A DNA stretch of 32,000 bases from Patescibacteria group bacterium (GTDB lineage Bacteria > Patescibacteriota > Patescibacteriia > UBA2591 > UBA6264). The stretch lies in NCBI GenBank assembly GCA_028713575.1, contig JAQTOB010000002.1, forward strand, positions 30,001 to 62,000. The letters run 5' to 3'. A program made the translations under genes and the position numbers. Shown here piece after piece: positions 8,801-17,857 of the stretch. Numbering within the stretch: position 1 is the first letter of the stretch; every line of letters starts with the position of its first letter. The notes under the pieces are model-generated. The model did no database searches, was not told the DNA's origin, and saw only the letters and a program-made list of their open reading frames with translations.

Positions 8801-10102
8801 ATGTTATTAAAAATTTTACAAAAAATTTTAGCTTTTATGGCCAAAAAAATAATTAAACGGCACAAACCGTTAGTAATTGGTATTACCGGAAGCGTGGGCA
8901 AATCTTCTGCCAAGCAGATGATTTCTTTGATTTTGAAAGACCAAATGGATATTCGTGAAAGTAAGGGTAATTATAATAATGAAATTGGTGTGCCTTTAAC
9001 CATTATTGGCATAAGCAAATCGCCAGGGAAAAATGTTTTGGGTTGGTTTAGAGTTTTTATTTTCGCTTTAATTAAAATTATTTTTAAAAAAAGATTTTAT
9101 CCAAAAATTTTGGTTTTGGAAATGGCTGCGGATAGACCGGGCGATATTGAATATTTACTTAAAATAGCCGCTTGCAACATTGGAGTAATAACCGCTATTT
9201 CTTCGGCTCATATAGAATTTTTTGAGAGTTTAGAAAACATAGCTAAAGAAAAAAGTTCGCTCATTTCTAATTTACCAGAAAACGGTTGGGCAATTTTAAA
9301 CATGGACGATAAAAGGGTGGCAGGCCTTAGAAATGCGGCCAAGGCGCAGGTTTTAACTTATGGTTTTGATTCTCAGGCCGATTTGCGGGGATTGGGATTG
9401 GAAATAGACCAGACTTTAAAACCAGAAGGACCAATAATAAATGGTTTGCAATTTAAAGTAAGTTATCGGGGCAATGTGATACCGGTTTTTTTGCCAAAAG
9501 CAATTTCTTTTAGCCAAGCTTATTCCGCTTTAGCCGGCCTGGCCGTTGGCTTGGCCTTAGGTTTTAATTTAATTGATTTAGTTCAATCTTTTGAAAAACA
9601 TAAAAATTTACCCGGTCGTATGAATTTAATTTCTGGAATTAATAAAAGTTTAATCATTGATGATACCTATAACTCTTCGCCCCGAGCCGTAGAAGCGGCG
9701 TTAGAAACCCTGAACAAGATAGAAATTAACTCACAAGCAAGTAGATGGGTGATACTTGGCGATATGTTGGAATTAGGAGAAATTAGCCAAAAGGCCCATT
9801 ATCAAATCGGCGAAAAAATTAATAAAGAAAAAATTGATTATTTAATAGTTGTGGGGAAGGAAGCGGGAGCCATTGCTCAGGGTGCCAGAGAGAACGGTTT
9901 TATAAATGAAAATGTTTTTATTTTTGAAAATTCCATGGCCGTGACAAAGTTTTTAAAATCAAGGATTAAAACCGGCGATGTGATTTTAATCAAAGGTTCG
10001 CAAAAGATGCGTTTAGAAAGATTGGTCAAGGAAATAATGTTGCAGCCAAGAATGGCAAAAAAATGTTTGGTCCGCCAGAGCCATTATTGGCTTAAAAATT
10101 AA
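8801..10102 (+). CDS. murF: UDP-N-acetylmuramoyl-tripeptide--D-alanyl-D-alanine ligase
   Basis: Mur ligase P-loop GITGSVGKSS, YNNEIGVPLT motif, dcw context. Confidence 0.8.
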   Translation: MLLKILQKILAFMAKKIIKRHKPLVIGITGSVGKSSAKQMISLILKDQMDIRESKGNYNNEIGVPLTIIGISKSPGKNVLGWFRVFIFALIKIIFKKRFYPKILVLEMAADRPGDIEYLLKIAACNIGVITAISSAHIEFFESLENIAKEKSSLISNLPENGWAILNMDDKRVAGLRNAAKAQVLTYGFDSQADLRGLGLEIDQTLKPEGPIINGLQFKVSYRGNVIPVFLPKAISFSQAYSALAGLAVGLALGFNLIDLVQSFEKHKNLPGRMNLISGINKSLIIDDTYNSSPRAVEAALETLNKIEINSQASRWVILGDMLELGEISQKAHYQIGEKINKEKIDYLIVVGKEAGAIAQGARENGFINENVFIFENSMAVTKFLKSRIKTGDVILIKGSQKMRLERLVKEIMLQPRMAKKCLVRQSHYWLKN

Positions 10103-10143
10103 AACTTGTTATTTTTTAATATAACAAGAGATAGACAAAAGCA

Positions 10144-10176
10144 ATAAGCCCCGGAAACGATTTCCGGGGCGCTTAT
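10144..10176. terminator. Bidirectional rho-independent terminator between convergent murF and elp3
   Basis: GCCCCGGAAA-CGA-TTTCCGGGGC 10-bp stem, extended by ATAA/TTAT, T-rich on both strands. Confidence 0.6.
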
Positions 10177-11754
10177 TTATTTTAATTTTTTAATCAGGTA
10201 AGTATTTTTGAGACGATAGCCGAGACGGCGGTAGTATTGGCGCACACCGATGCCGGAGATGACCGCCATTTTTTTATACCCTTGTTTTTTGGCGATTTTT
10301 TCCGCCTCAATCATTAACTTTTTTCCAAAACCCAAATGCTGAATCGCTTTTTTATTTTTTTTATTTACTTCTACTGATTGACCATAAGTGTGCAACTCTC
10401 TGATTAAAGCGGTATTTTTTAAAACCGGAAAAATTTGGTCGCTGTTTTTTGATAAACGTAAACGACAAAAGGCAATCAATTTACTCTCTTTCTTGTTTTC
10501 AAATGATAAGAAAATTTCTTTCCCTTCTGAAGCGACATATTCTCGTCTAATTAATTTAAAACTTGAAATTTTAAATTTTAAATCTTTTATTTCCCGACAA
10601 CGAATACATTGACAGGGCTTTTTCAATTCTTTCATTTTTTTCTGGACAAATTCCCTAAGATTTGATATTTTACTGCCACCCTGTATTTGCCAAGCCGGGA
10701 TATCACGAATTAAGCGATTAATTCGCGTGTAAGGAGGAACAATTAATTTAATTTTTATTAAAAGATTGATTAATTGTTGGTCAGAATATGGTTTATATTT
10801 TTCTTTTTTCCAAAGTTGATATAGAAAAGACCCTTTGGTGACCACGCAAGGATAAATTTTAAGCATGTCCGGATGAAAATTTGAATTAGTAAAAACTTTT
10901 TTAAATTTTTTGAAATCATTTTGCAATGAAGAGCCGTAAAGACCGGGCATTAAATGATAACATATTTTAAACCCTGCGTTTTTCAGTAATTTTGTTGCCG
11001 CAATAATTTCTTCAATCCCGTGTCCTCTTTTGTTTTTTTTCAAGATTTTGTCGTCAATAATTTGAACCCCCAATTCAACTCGGGTACACCCAAGTTTTCT
11101 CATTCTTTTAATTTCTTTTAATGTTATATAATCAGGCCGAGTTTCTAAAGTAAGGCCAATTATTCGGTGTTTGGCTTTTTCATTTATTTTTTGTGCTGTT
11201 TCCAGGTTTTTACTGATTAATCCATTGGCCGCGTCAAAACATTTTTTAATAAACCAGGTTTGGTATTTCGGGGGCAAATAAGACCAAGTACCGCCAATGA
11301 CAATCAATTCTATTTTATCAACCGGATGACCGCCTCTTTTTAGCATCTCAATTCTTTTTTTTACTTGAAGAAAAGGATTATATTTTAATGTTTTCGCCCT
11401 TTCTACCGCCGGTTCTCCGGATAAATAACTTTTAGGAATGCCTTTTTCTAAAGGGCAGTAAAGGCAATGCCCGGGACAGGGCCAAGGTTTGGTTAAAACC
11501 GCGACCACGGCCACGCCGGATAAAGAACGAATGGGTCTTTTTTTTAGTATTTTTTCTAAAAATTCATTGTTTTTTATTTTTTTGTTTTTTTTCAATTTTT
11601 GATAAAAACTTAAAATATCAACATTGCTTGGCGGGTCAATTTTATATTTAGCGCAAAATTTTTGTTTTTCTTTTATTAAATCGTCAAAAGAATTAATTTT
11701 TTTCAAAATTAATTTTTTAATTAAGAGAAACATTGATTTTTCTTTACAATTCAT
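10177..11754 (-). CDS. elp3: Elp3-type tRNA uridine(34) modification enzyme (radical SAM + GNAT acetyltransferase)
   Basis: VAVLTKPWPCPGHCLYCP radical-SAM cluster region, DKIELIVIGGTW. C-terminal GNAT (QHLGFGKKLM...GVRQYYRRLGY). Collinear with archaeal/eukaryotic Elp3. Confidence 0.85.
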   Translation of the reverse strand: MNCKEKSMFLLIKKLILKKINSFDDLIKEKQKFCAKYKIDPPSNVDILSFYQKLKKNKKIKNNEFLEKILKKRPIRSLSGVAVVAVLTKPWPCPGHCLYCPLEKGIPKSYLSGEPAVERAKTLKYNPFLQVKKRIEMLKRGGHPVDKIELIVIGGTWSYLPPKYQTWFIKKCFDAANGLISKNLETAQKINEKAKHRIIGLTLETRPDYITLKEIKRMRKLGCTRVELGVQIIDDKILKKNKRGHGIEEIIAATKLLKNAGFKICYHLMPGLYGSSLQNDFKKFKKVFTNSNFHPDMLKIYPCVVTKGSFLYQLWKKEKYKPYSDQQLINLLIKIKLIVPPYTRINRLIRDIPAWQIQGGSKISNLREFVQKKMKELKKPCQCIRCREIKDLKFKISSFKLIRREYVASEGKEIFLSFENKKESKLIAFCRLRLSKNSDQIFPVLKNTALIRELHTYGQSVEVNKKNKKAIQHLGFGKKLMIEAEKIAKKQGYKKMAVISGIGVRQYYRRLGYRLKNTYLIKKLK

Positions 11755-11829
11755 TATTAAATGATAACATTTTATTTAAAAATCAAAAGACCATGTTGTC
11801 TTGTCATAAAATTCTGTTATTATTAGCCC

Positions 11830-12519
11830 ATGAGACAAAAAAATGTTCAAATGGTTTTAGAAGATAATAAAAATAATTGGGATGAAATAGCCGATAAATT
11901 TTCCCAAACCCGTCATCATCTTTGGTTTGAATTTGCAGATTTTAAGGATTATATTAAAAAAGGGGACAAGGTTCTGGATTTAGGCTGCGGCAACGGCCGA
12001 TTAATTGAATTATTTGATAAAGATATTGATTATTTAGGCGTTGACCAGTCGCAAAAATTGATTGAAGCGGCAAAAAAGAGATTTCCTTCGGGTAAATTTT
12101 TTGTCGCCGACGCCCTTAATTTGCCGTTTAAAAAAAAATTTGATGTTATTTTTTCTATTGCTTTTTTTCACCATATTCCTTCCCAAGATTTACGCTTAAA
12201 AATTTTAAAAGATTGTTATAGTTTTTTAGCACCAAAAGGAGTTTTTATTTGTTTAGTTTGGAACCTTTTTCAGCCGCGGTTAATTTGGAAATACAATCTT
12301 GGTAAAATCATTTTTGGTTTTAAAAATGTTTTAATTCCTTTTAAAATCAAAGAGCAAAAAATAAAAAGATATTATTACGCTTTTACTAAAGGAGAATTAA
12401 AAAAATCTTTTAAGAAAACCGGTTTTAAAATTATAAAATGTTATTATGTTAGAAAGGGTCGGTTGGCCAGTCGGTTGAACGGATATAATTTAATTTTAAT
12501 CGCCAAAAAAGATGATTAA
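11830..12519 (+). CDS. Class I SAM-dependent methyltransferase, Trm9/ALKBH8-MTase-like
   Basis: EIADKFSQTRHHLW, LDLGCGNGR, VADALNLPFKKKFDVIFSIAFFHH. These line up with yeast Trm9 motifs EIAPHFSQTRYKPW, DVGCGNGK and VADGLNLP...FDFAISIAVVHH (from memory). Confidence 0.6.
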   Translation: MRQKNVQMVLEDNKNNWDEIADKFSQTRHHLWFEFADFKDYIKKGDKVLDLGCGNGRLIELFDKDIDYLGVDQSQKLIEAAKKRFPSGKFFVADALNLPFKKKFDVIFSIAFFHHIPSQDLRLKILKDCYSFLAPKGVFICLVWNLFQPRLIWKYNLGKIIFGFKNVLIPFKIKEQKIKRYYYAFTKGELKKSFKKTGFKIIKCYYVRKGRLASRLNGYNLILIAKKDD

Positions 12520-13867
12520 AAATAATATTTTTAAAGCTTATGACATTAGGGGAGTTTATCCCGCGGAGATTAATGAGGAAGTCGCTTTTAAAGTTGGCGT
12601 TTCTTTAGCTAAATTCTTAAGAAAGAAGTTGAAAAAAAATAATCTTCGGATTGTGGTCGGCCGTGATTGCCGCTTGTCTTCACCCTCCCTTTTTCAGGCA
12701 CTCTGTCAAGGAATATTTAAGGAAAAAGCAACAGTAATTGATATTGGTTTAGTTTCCACCGACACCCTTTATTTTGCTCTCAGTTATTTTAAATATGACG
12801 GCGGCGCAATGATTACCGCTTCACATAATCCCAGAGAATACAATGGTTTTAAAATGCAGATACGCGGCCAGAAATTTATTTATCAAGAATGGGGAATGGA
12901 GGAAATAAAGAGATTAGTTAATAAAACAAAAATATCAGAAAAAGAAATAAAAGGAAAAATTATTAAAAAAAATGTTATTCCCTTTTACGTTAAACACATT
13001 TTGAAATTAATTGACCTCAAAAATATAAAAAAATTAAAAGTTGTGGTTGATGCCGGCAATGGTATGGGCGGCCGAAACATCAAAGAGATTGCAAAAAAAA
13101 TACCAATTACCTTATTTCCTTTATATTTTGAACCAGACGGTAATTTTTCTTCTCGTCATCCCGATCCAATAATTAAAAAAAATCTTAAGGACTGCCAAAA
13201 AATGGTGATTAAAAGAAAGGCTAATTTTGGTTTGGCCTTTGATGCCGACGCTGACCGGACAATTTTTTTTGACGAACGCGGAGAAATTATTAGAGGCGAT
13301 ATGATTATTGCTTTATTCTCTCAATATTTTTTGAAAAAATATCCCGGAGCGAAAATTGTTTATAATTTAATCTGTTCTCGGGCAGTAGAAGAAATTATTA
13401 AAGAAGCCGGTGGTTATCCGCTTAAAGTCAGGACAGGCCATGTTTTTATAAAGGAAAAAATGTTAAAGAAGAAAGCCGTCTTCGGCGGCGAGAAATCAGG
13501 CCATTTATTCTTTCCTGATGTTTTTTATTCTGAATGCGGCGGCCTAGTTTTTTTGATCATGATTAAGATTCTTTCCGAAACAGGGAAAACTCTTTCTGAA
13601 TTAATAAAACCATTTAATAGATATTATCAAATTAATATTAATTTAAAAATAAAAAATAAAGAAAAAATAATTAAAAAATTAAAGAGTTTTTATCAAAAAG
13701 AAAAAAGGAATCAAGTTGACGGCTTAACCATAAAATCAAATGATTGGTGGTTTAATGTAAGGCCCTCCAATACTGAACCATGTTTAAGATTTGTTATTGA
13801 GGCAAAAAATAAAAAAATTGCTCAAAAAGAGTTTAAGCAGATAAAAGAAATCGTTAAAAAAGTTTAA
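12512..13867 (+). CDS. Phosphomannomutase/phosphoglucomutase-family phosphohexomutase
   Basis: Active-site ITASHNPREYNGFK, metal loop FDADADR, sugar loop GGEKSGH; 8-nt overlap with the upstream methyltransferase gene. Confidence 0.8.
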   Translation: MIKNNIFKAYDIRGVYPAEINEEVAFKVGVSLAKFLRKKLKKNNLRIVVGRDCRLSSPSLFQALCQGIFKEKATVIDIGLVSTDTLYFALSYFKYDGGAMITASHNPREYNGFKMQIRGQKFIYQEWGMEEIKRLVNKTKISEKEIKGKIIKKNVIPFYVKHILKLIDLKNIKKLKVVVDAGNGMGGRNIKEIAKKIPITLFPLYFEPDGNFSSRHPDPIIKKNLKDCQKMVIKRKANFGLAFDADADRTIFFDERGEIIRGDMIIALFSQYFLKKYPGAKIVYNLICSRAVEEIIKEAGGYPLKVRTGHVFIKEKMLKKKAVFGGEKSGHLFFPDVFYSECGGLVFLIMIKILSETGKTLSELIKPFNRYYQININLKIKNKEKIIKKLKSFYQKEKRNQVDGLTIKSNDWWFNVRPSNTEPCLRFVIEAKNKKIAQKEFKQIKEIVKKV

Positions 13868-13875
13868 CTTTAAGA

Positions 13876-14856
13876 TTAGGATAGGCCCATGTTTTTTTTA
13901 ACTTCTCTCATGGTTTGAGAAGCGATTTCCTTGGCTCGTTTGGCTCCTTCAAGGAGCGTTTTTTTTATTTCCTTTTCTTTTAATTTTTTTCTTCTTTCTT
14001 GAATCGGTTTTAGCTCCTTAAATATATTTTCAGCTAAAAGTTTTTTACATTCCAGGCAGCCGATTTTAGCCTGAGTGCACCCTTCCACCACGTAATCCAA
14101 ATCTTTTTTATCAGAAACCAATTGATGGAGGGTATAAAGATTGCATTTCTCCGGCGTGCCGGGGTCGGTTTTTCTTTTTCTGGCCGGGTCGGTCATTGCC
14201 GTGGACAATTTGCGGTAGATCGTTTCCTTTGAGTCGGATAAGGCGATGTAGCTTTCCGGGCCGTATGATTTGCTCATTTTTTTGGTTGGGTCAGTCAAAC
14301 TCATTAATCGAGACCCCTTTGTTAAGAGCGATTTTGGTGAAGGGAATGTTTCACCGAATTTTTTATTAAAACATCTAGCGATTTCTCTAGTTAATTCCAC
14401 ATGTTGTCGTTGGTCGTCTCCAACTGGCACGACTTGGGCTTTATAAAGAAGAATGTCAGCCGCCATCAGGACCGGATAATTAAAGAGTCCTGCATTAACA
14501 TTTTCAGTGTTTTGTTTTGACTTTTCTTTAAACTGAGTCATTCTTTTTAAATCGCCGAGCGAGGTGATGGTGCTTAATATCCAGGCCAATTCAGTATGCT
14601 CGGCCACGGCTGACTGGACGAAGATGATTGATTTTTTCGGGTCAAGCCCGCAGGCCAAATAATCCCCGGCTAAATCCAGAATCCTTTGTGGCATTTTTTT
14701 TGGTTCATAGGAAATAGTAATGGCGTGATAATCAACAATACAAAATAAACCGGAATACTCTTCTTGCAGTTTAATCCAGTTTTTAATGGCCCCAAAATAA
14801 TTGCCGATATGGAGCAGTCCGGTTGGTTGAATGCCGCTGAAAAGTCTCTTTTTCAT
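13876..14856 (-). CDS. trpS: Tryptophan--tRNA ligase
   Basis: SGIQPTG..HIGNY (HIGH) and KMSKS motifs; 326 aa. Confidence 0.9.
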   Translation of the reverse strand: MKKRLFSGIQPTGLLHIGNYFGAIKNWIKLQEEYSGLFCIVDYHAITISYEPKKMPQRILDLAGDYLACGLDPKKSIIFVQSAVAEHTELAWILSTITSLGDLKRMTQFKEKSKQNTENVNAGLFNYPVLMAADILLYKAQVVPVGDDQRQHVELTREIARCFNKKFGETFPSPKSLLTKGSRLMSLTDPTKKMSKSYGPESYIALSDSKETIYRKLSTAMTDPARKRKTDPGTPEKCNLYTLHQLVSDKKDLDYVVEGCTQAKIGCLECKKLLAENIFKELKPIQERRKKLKEKEIKKTLLEGAKRAKEIASQTMREVKKNMGLS

Positions 14857-14901
14857 ATTATTTTAATTATATTTAAATAATAATAATTTTATAAAAGAGG
14901 A

Positions 14902-14984
14902 TGCCAGAGGTGGGACTCGAACCCACAAGCCCTTCGGCATACGGCCCTGAACCGTACGTGTTTACCAAATTTCACCACTCTGGC
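14902..14984 (-). tRNA. tRNA-Leu(CAG)
   Basis: Hand-folded: acceptor GCCAGAG/CTCTGGC, anticodon stem TACGG/CCGTA with loop TTCAGGG, 13-nt variable arm, T-arm GTGGG-TTCGAGT-CCCAC, discriminator A. CCA not encoded. Confidence 0.9.
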
Positions 14985-15059
14985 TCTTAAATTATGAGTA
15001 TCTGTTTTGCCAATGGATTTATCAAATGCCATTGCGGTTCGTAAATCAATCAAATAATT

Positions 15060-16829
15060 TTATCTCGTTATTTTGTTAAGTTGTCTTCTGGTTTTAATAT
15101 ACCAGTTTTCAATATTATTAAAACGGTCAGCGGGGTGAGTAATAAAATTAATTTCAATGCCCTTTATTTTTTGGTCAACTAAATATCCGTGGATTTGATT
15201 ATAAAGAAAAATGGCCGGGACATTATCCACAATTATTTCTTGAAATTCATGATAATATTTTCTTTTTTCTTCTTGATTTTGTGCTAAAGAAGATTTTTCT
15301 AAAAGCTCATCACTGCGACGATAATTAAAGGCCGTTAAATTAAGACCCGGGGGATAAATTTGCGAAGAATGCCAAAGAAAAAATGGATCAGGGTTATAGT
15401 TTTCTAGTACTCCGTAGAGAAAGGCTTGAAAATTTCTGTTTTTAATAATTTCTTTTATTTGCTCCGGCGGCACTATGATCAATTTAACCTTTAGTCCTAT
15501 GTTTTGCCATGATTTTTGAATCAGTTGAGCGGTTTTTACAAAATCAGGCTGATCAACTGTAGTTAAAGAAATCTCTAGAATTTTATTATTTTTCTCATAA
15601 AAATCTGTGTTTTTTCTCCAACCAGCCATAGTTAATAAATTTTCCGCCGTTGTTGGCTCGTAGTTATAAGTTTTTATTTCCGGATTGTAATAGGCAGAAT
15701 AAGGAAGAATTGGCCCGTGGATAACAATGCCTTGTTCATTGAATACCTGGCTGAAGATTTCTTGTTTAGGGGTTAGATAAGCCAGGGCTTTTCTAACGGA
15801 TTTTTCCTGTAAATAATTTATTTTTTCTTCAATTGGGAAATCTCTAAGATTAAGAAAGACGGCGGTGTAATAAGGCAAATTAAATTGATAATATTTAAAA
15901 TTTCCGACAAACGATAAATCTTGATTTAATTGTTTAGATGAATAATTAAGGCCTTCTATTTCCTGATTTTTTAACATCTCCAGGGCTTGATCAAAGTCGG
16001 AGTAAAAACTAAAGACCAGATCTTTAATAAAAGGAGATTGGTCGTAAAATTTTTCATTAATGATTAAATCATATAATTTAATTTTGTTTTCTAAGTTTCG
16101 CGCTAAAGAAGCAAATTTATAAGGACCAGTTCCAACTGGTTTCAAGTTAAATTCTGACTGGGTAAAATTTTCCGGCTTGATTTTTCCCCATATATGTTCA
16201 GGCAAAATACCAAAGGTTAAATTTGACCAAAAAGTTATGGAAGAATTTTCCGCGGCAACCTGAAAGCAATTTTCATCAATTTGGTTAATTTGAATATTCT
16301 TTATTTTTTCTAAAAGGGGGCTTTTAAAAACCGGATTTTTAATTAAAGAAAAAGTAAAAAGAATATCTTCTATGTCTAATTTTTCCCCGTCATGCCAATA
16401 GACATTTTCTTTTAAACAAAAAATATGTTCTTTTTGTTCAGGGTTGAAAACAAAGCTTTTTACTAAATCAGGCTGTAGCTCTGAGTTTTGATTGAGTTTT
16501 AATAAACCGGAAAAAATTAAATTAACAAGAGTTAAATCAGTTTCATCCACGGCTAAAACAGGATTGATGAATTTTGGCTGACCGACTAAGCCCTCTATGT
16601 ATCTCCCTCCTTTCTGAGGAACAATTTCCGAATGAGCGAAATAAAAACGACCAATCAATAAAACCAAACAAACAATAATTATTAAAGAAAATAACTTAAT
16701 CAGTTTTTTTTCTTTTTGTGAAAGAACCTGATTAAGATATTTTAGTTGTTTCCAAGTGGGAATTATTTTATGTTTTTCTTTTTTTGTTTTTTGAAAAAAA
16801 GAAAACTTTTTTAATAATTGTTTAAACAT
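15060..16829 (-). CDS. ABC transporter substrate-binding protein (family 5, peptide/nickel type), membrane-anchored
   Basis: 589 aa, N-terminal TM anchor, overall family-5 SBP-like sequence (PKGGRYIEGLVGQP..., PVGTGPYKF). Confidence 0.7.
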   Translation of the reverse strand: MFKQLLKKFSFFQKTKKEKHKIIPTWKQLKYLNQVLSQKEKKLIKLFSLIIIVCLVLLIGRFYFAHSEIVPQKGGRYIEGLVGQPKFINPVLAVDETDLTLVNLIFSGLLKLNQNSELQPDLVKSFVFNPEQKEHIFCLKENVYWHDGEKLDIEDILFTFSLIKNPVFKSPLLEKIKNIQINQIDENCFQVAAENSSITFWSNLTFGILPEHIWGKIKPENFTQSEFNLKPVGTGPYKFASLARNLENKIKLYDLIINEKFYDQSPFIKDLVFSFYSDFDQALEMLKNQEIEGLNYSSKQLNQDLSFVGNFKYYQFNLPYYTAVFLNLRDFPIEEKINYLQEKSVRKALAYLTPKQEIFSQVFNEQGIVIHGPILPYSAYYNPEIKTYNYEPTTAENLLTMAGWRKNTDFYEKNNKILEISLTTVDQPDFVKTAQLIQKSWQNIGLKVKLIIVPPEQIKEIIKNRNFQAFLYGVLENYNPDPFFLWHSSQIYPPGLNLTAFNYRRSDELLEKSSLAQNQEEKRKYYHEFQEIIVDNVPAIFLYNQIHGYLVDQKIKGIEINFITHPADRFNNIENWYIKTRRQLNKITR

Positions 16830-16833
16830 TTTA

Positions 16834-17055
16834 TTATTGAGCGACGAATAAACGGAAAACCCCTAATCCCATAAAAGTAATTACTAAAATAATCGTCGCC
16901 GAGAAAATTATTTTTTCCAATCCCCTTTTTGTATGATAACCTTCGCCGCTGCCGCCGAAAGCCGAAGATAAACCGCTTCCCCTTTGTTGTAAAAGAACAG
17001 AAACGATTAAAAGAACGGAAATAATGATTTGGATAATATTTAGTATTTTTGTCAT
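16834..17055 (-). CDS. secG: Preprotein translocase subunit SecG
   Basis: 73 aa, two TM helices, LLQQRGSGLSSAFGGSG motif. Confidence 0.8.
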   Translation of the reverse strand: MTKILNIIQIIISVLLIVSVLLQQRGSGLSSAFGGSGEGYHTKRGLEKIIFSATIILVITFMGLGVFRLFVAQ

Positions 17056-17061
17056 ATGTTT

Positions 17062-17856
17062 TTATTTAGCAGATAAATATACGTTTTTTAACAAATAAAT
17101 CACGGTTAAAGGTCCAATTCCTCCGGGCACGGGCGAAAGATAATGTGTTTTTAAATGAATTTGAGAGTCAACGTCGCCGACTGATTTCCCTTTTTTACCA
17201 GAGGCAGACCGATTATAGCCAACATCAATAATAACTGCATTTTTTTTTATCATAAAGGGCTTAAGAAAATTAGGTTTCCCTAAAGCAACAATTAAAAAGT
17301 CCGCATTTTTAATTTTATTTTTTTTGAAATTTTTTAAATCAATGATTTCAACAATTAGTTTCTTTTTTTCCAAAATATTTTTTAAAGGATAAGTAAAAAC
17401 AGGATTTTTTCCCAAAATGACAAATTTTTTATTTTTGAGTGGCCTTTCACTTTGTTGAATTAGTTTTAGGACGGCTTGATAAACCGGAGAAATAAATTTT
17501 GTTTTTGGTCCAAATCCATCAACATCTTTTTGAGGAGAGATATTTTCTACCAAGACATCAGGATTAAATTTTTTTGGCAAGGGCATTTGAACAATCAAGC
17601 CGTGAAAATTTTTGTTTTGATTTATTTTTTTTATAACCGCAATTATTTTTTTTTGCGCAATTGAAGCAGGGAAACGAAAAAGCTTAAATTTCATTCCCAG
17701 TCGTTCAGCTGCTTTCTGTTTCAGCTTAACATAAATTAAAGAACCTGAGTTTTTTCCAATTAGAATAACAGCCAGGCCTGGTTTTTGTGGGCATTTTTTT
17801 ATTTTATTTTTTAGCCCTTTTTCAATTTTTTTGGCCGTGTCTTTGCCGTATAACAT
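17062..17856 (-). CDS. folD: Bifunctional methylenetetrahydrofolate dehydrogenase/cyclohydrolase
   Basis: VILIG..SGSLIYV, KDVDGF, SPVPGGIGPLT motifs. Confidence 0.85.
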   Translation of the reverse strand: MLYGKDTAKKIEKGLKNKIKKCPQKPGLAVILIGKNSGSLIYVKLKQKAAERLGMKFKLFRFPASIAQKKIIAVIKKINQNKNFHGLIVQMPLPKKFNPDVLVENISPQKDVDGFGPKTKFISPVYQAVLKLIQQSERPLKNKKFVILGKNPVFTYPLKNILEKKKLIVEIIDLKNFKKNKIKNADFLIVALGKPNFLKPFMIKKNAVIIDVGYNRSASGKKGKSVGDVDSQIHLKTHYLSPVPGGIGPLTVIYLLKNVYLSAK

Positions 17857-17857
17857 T

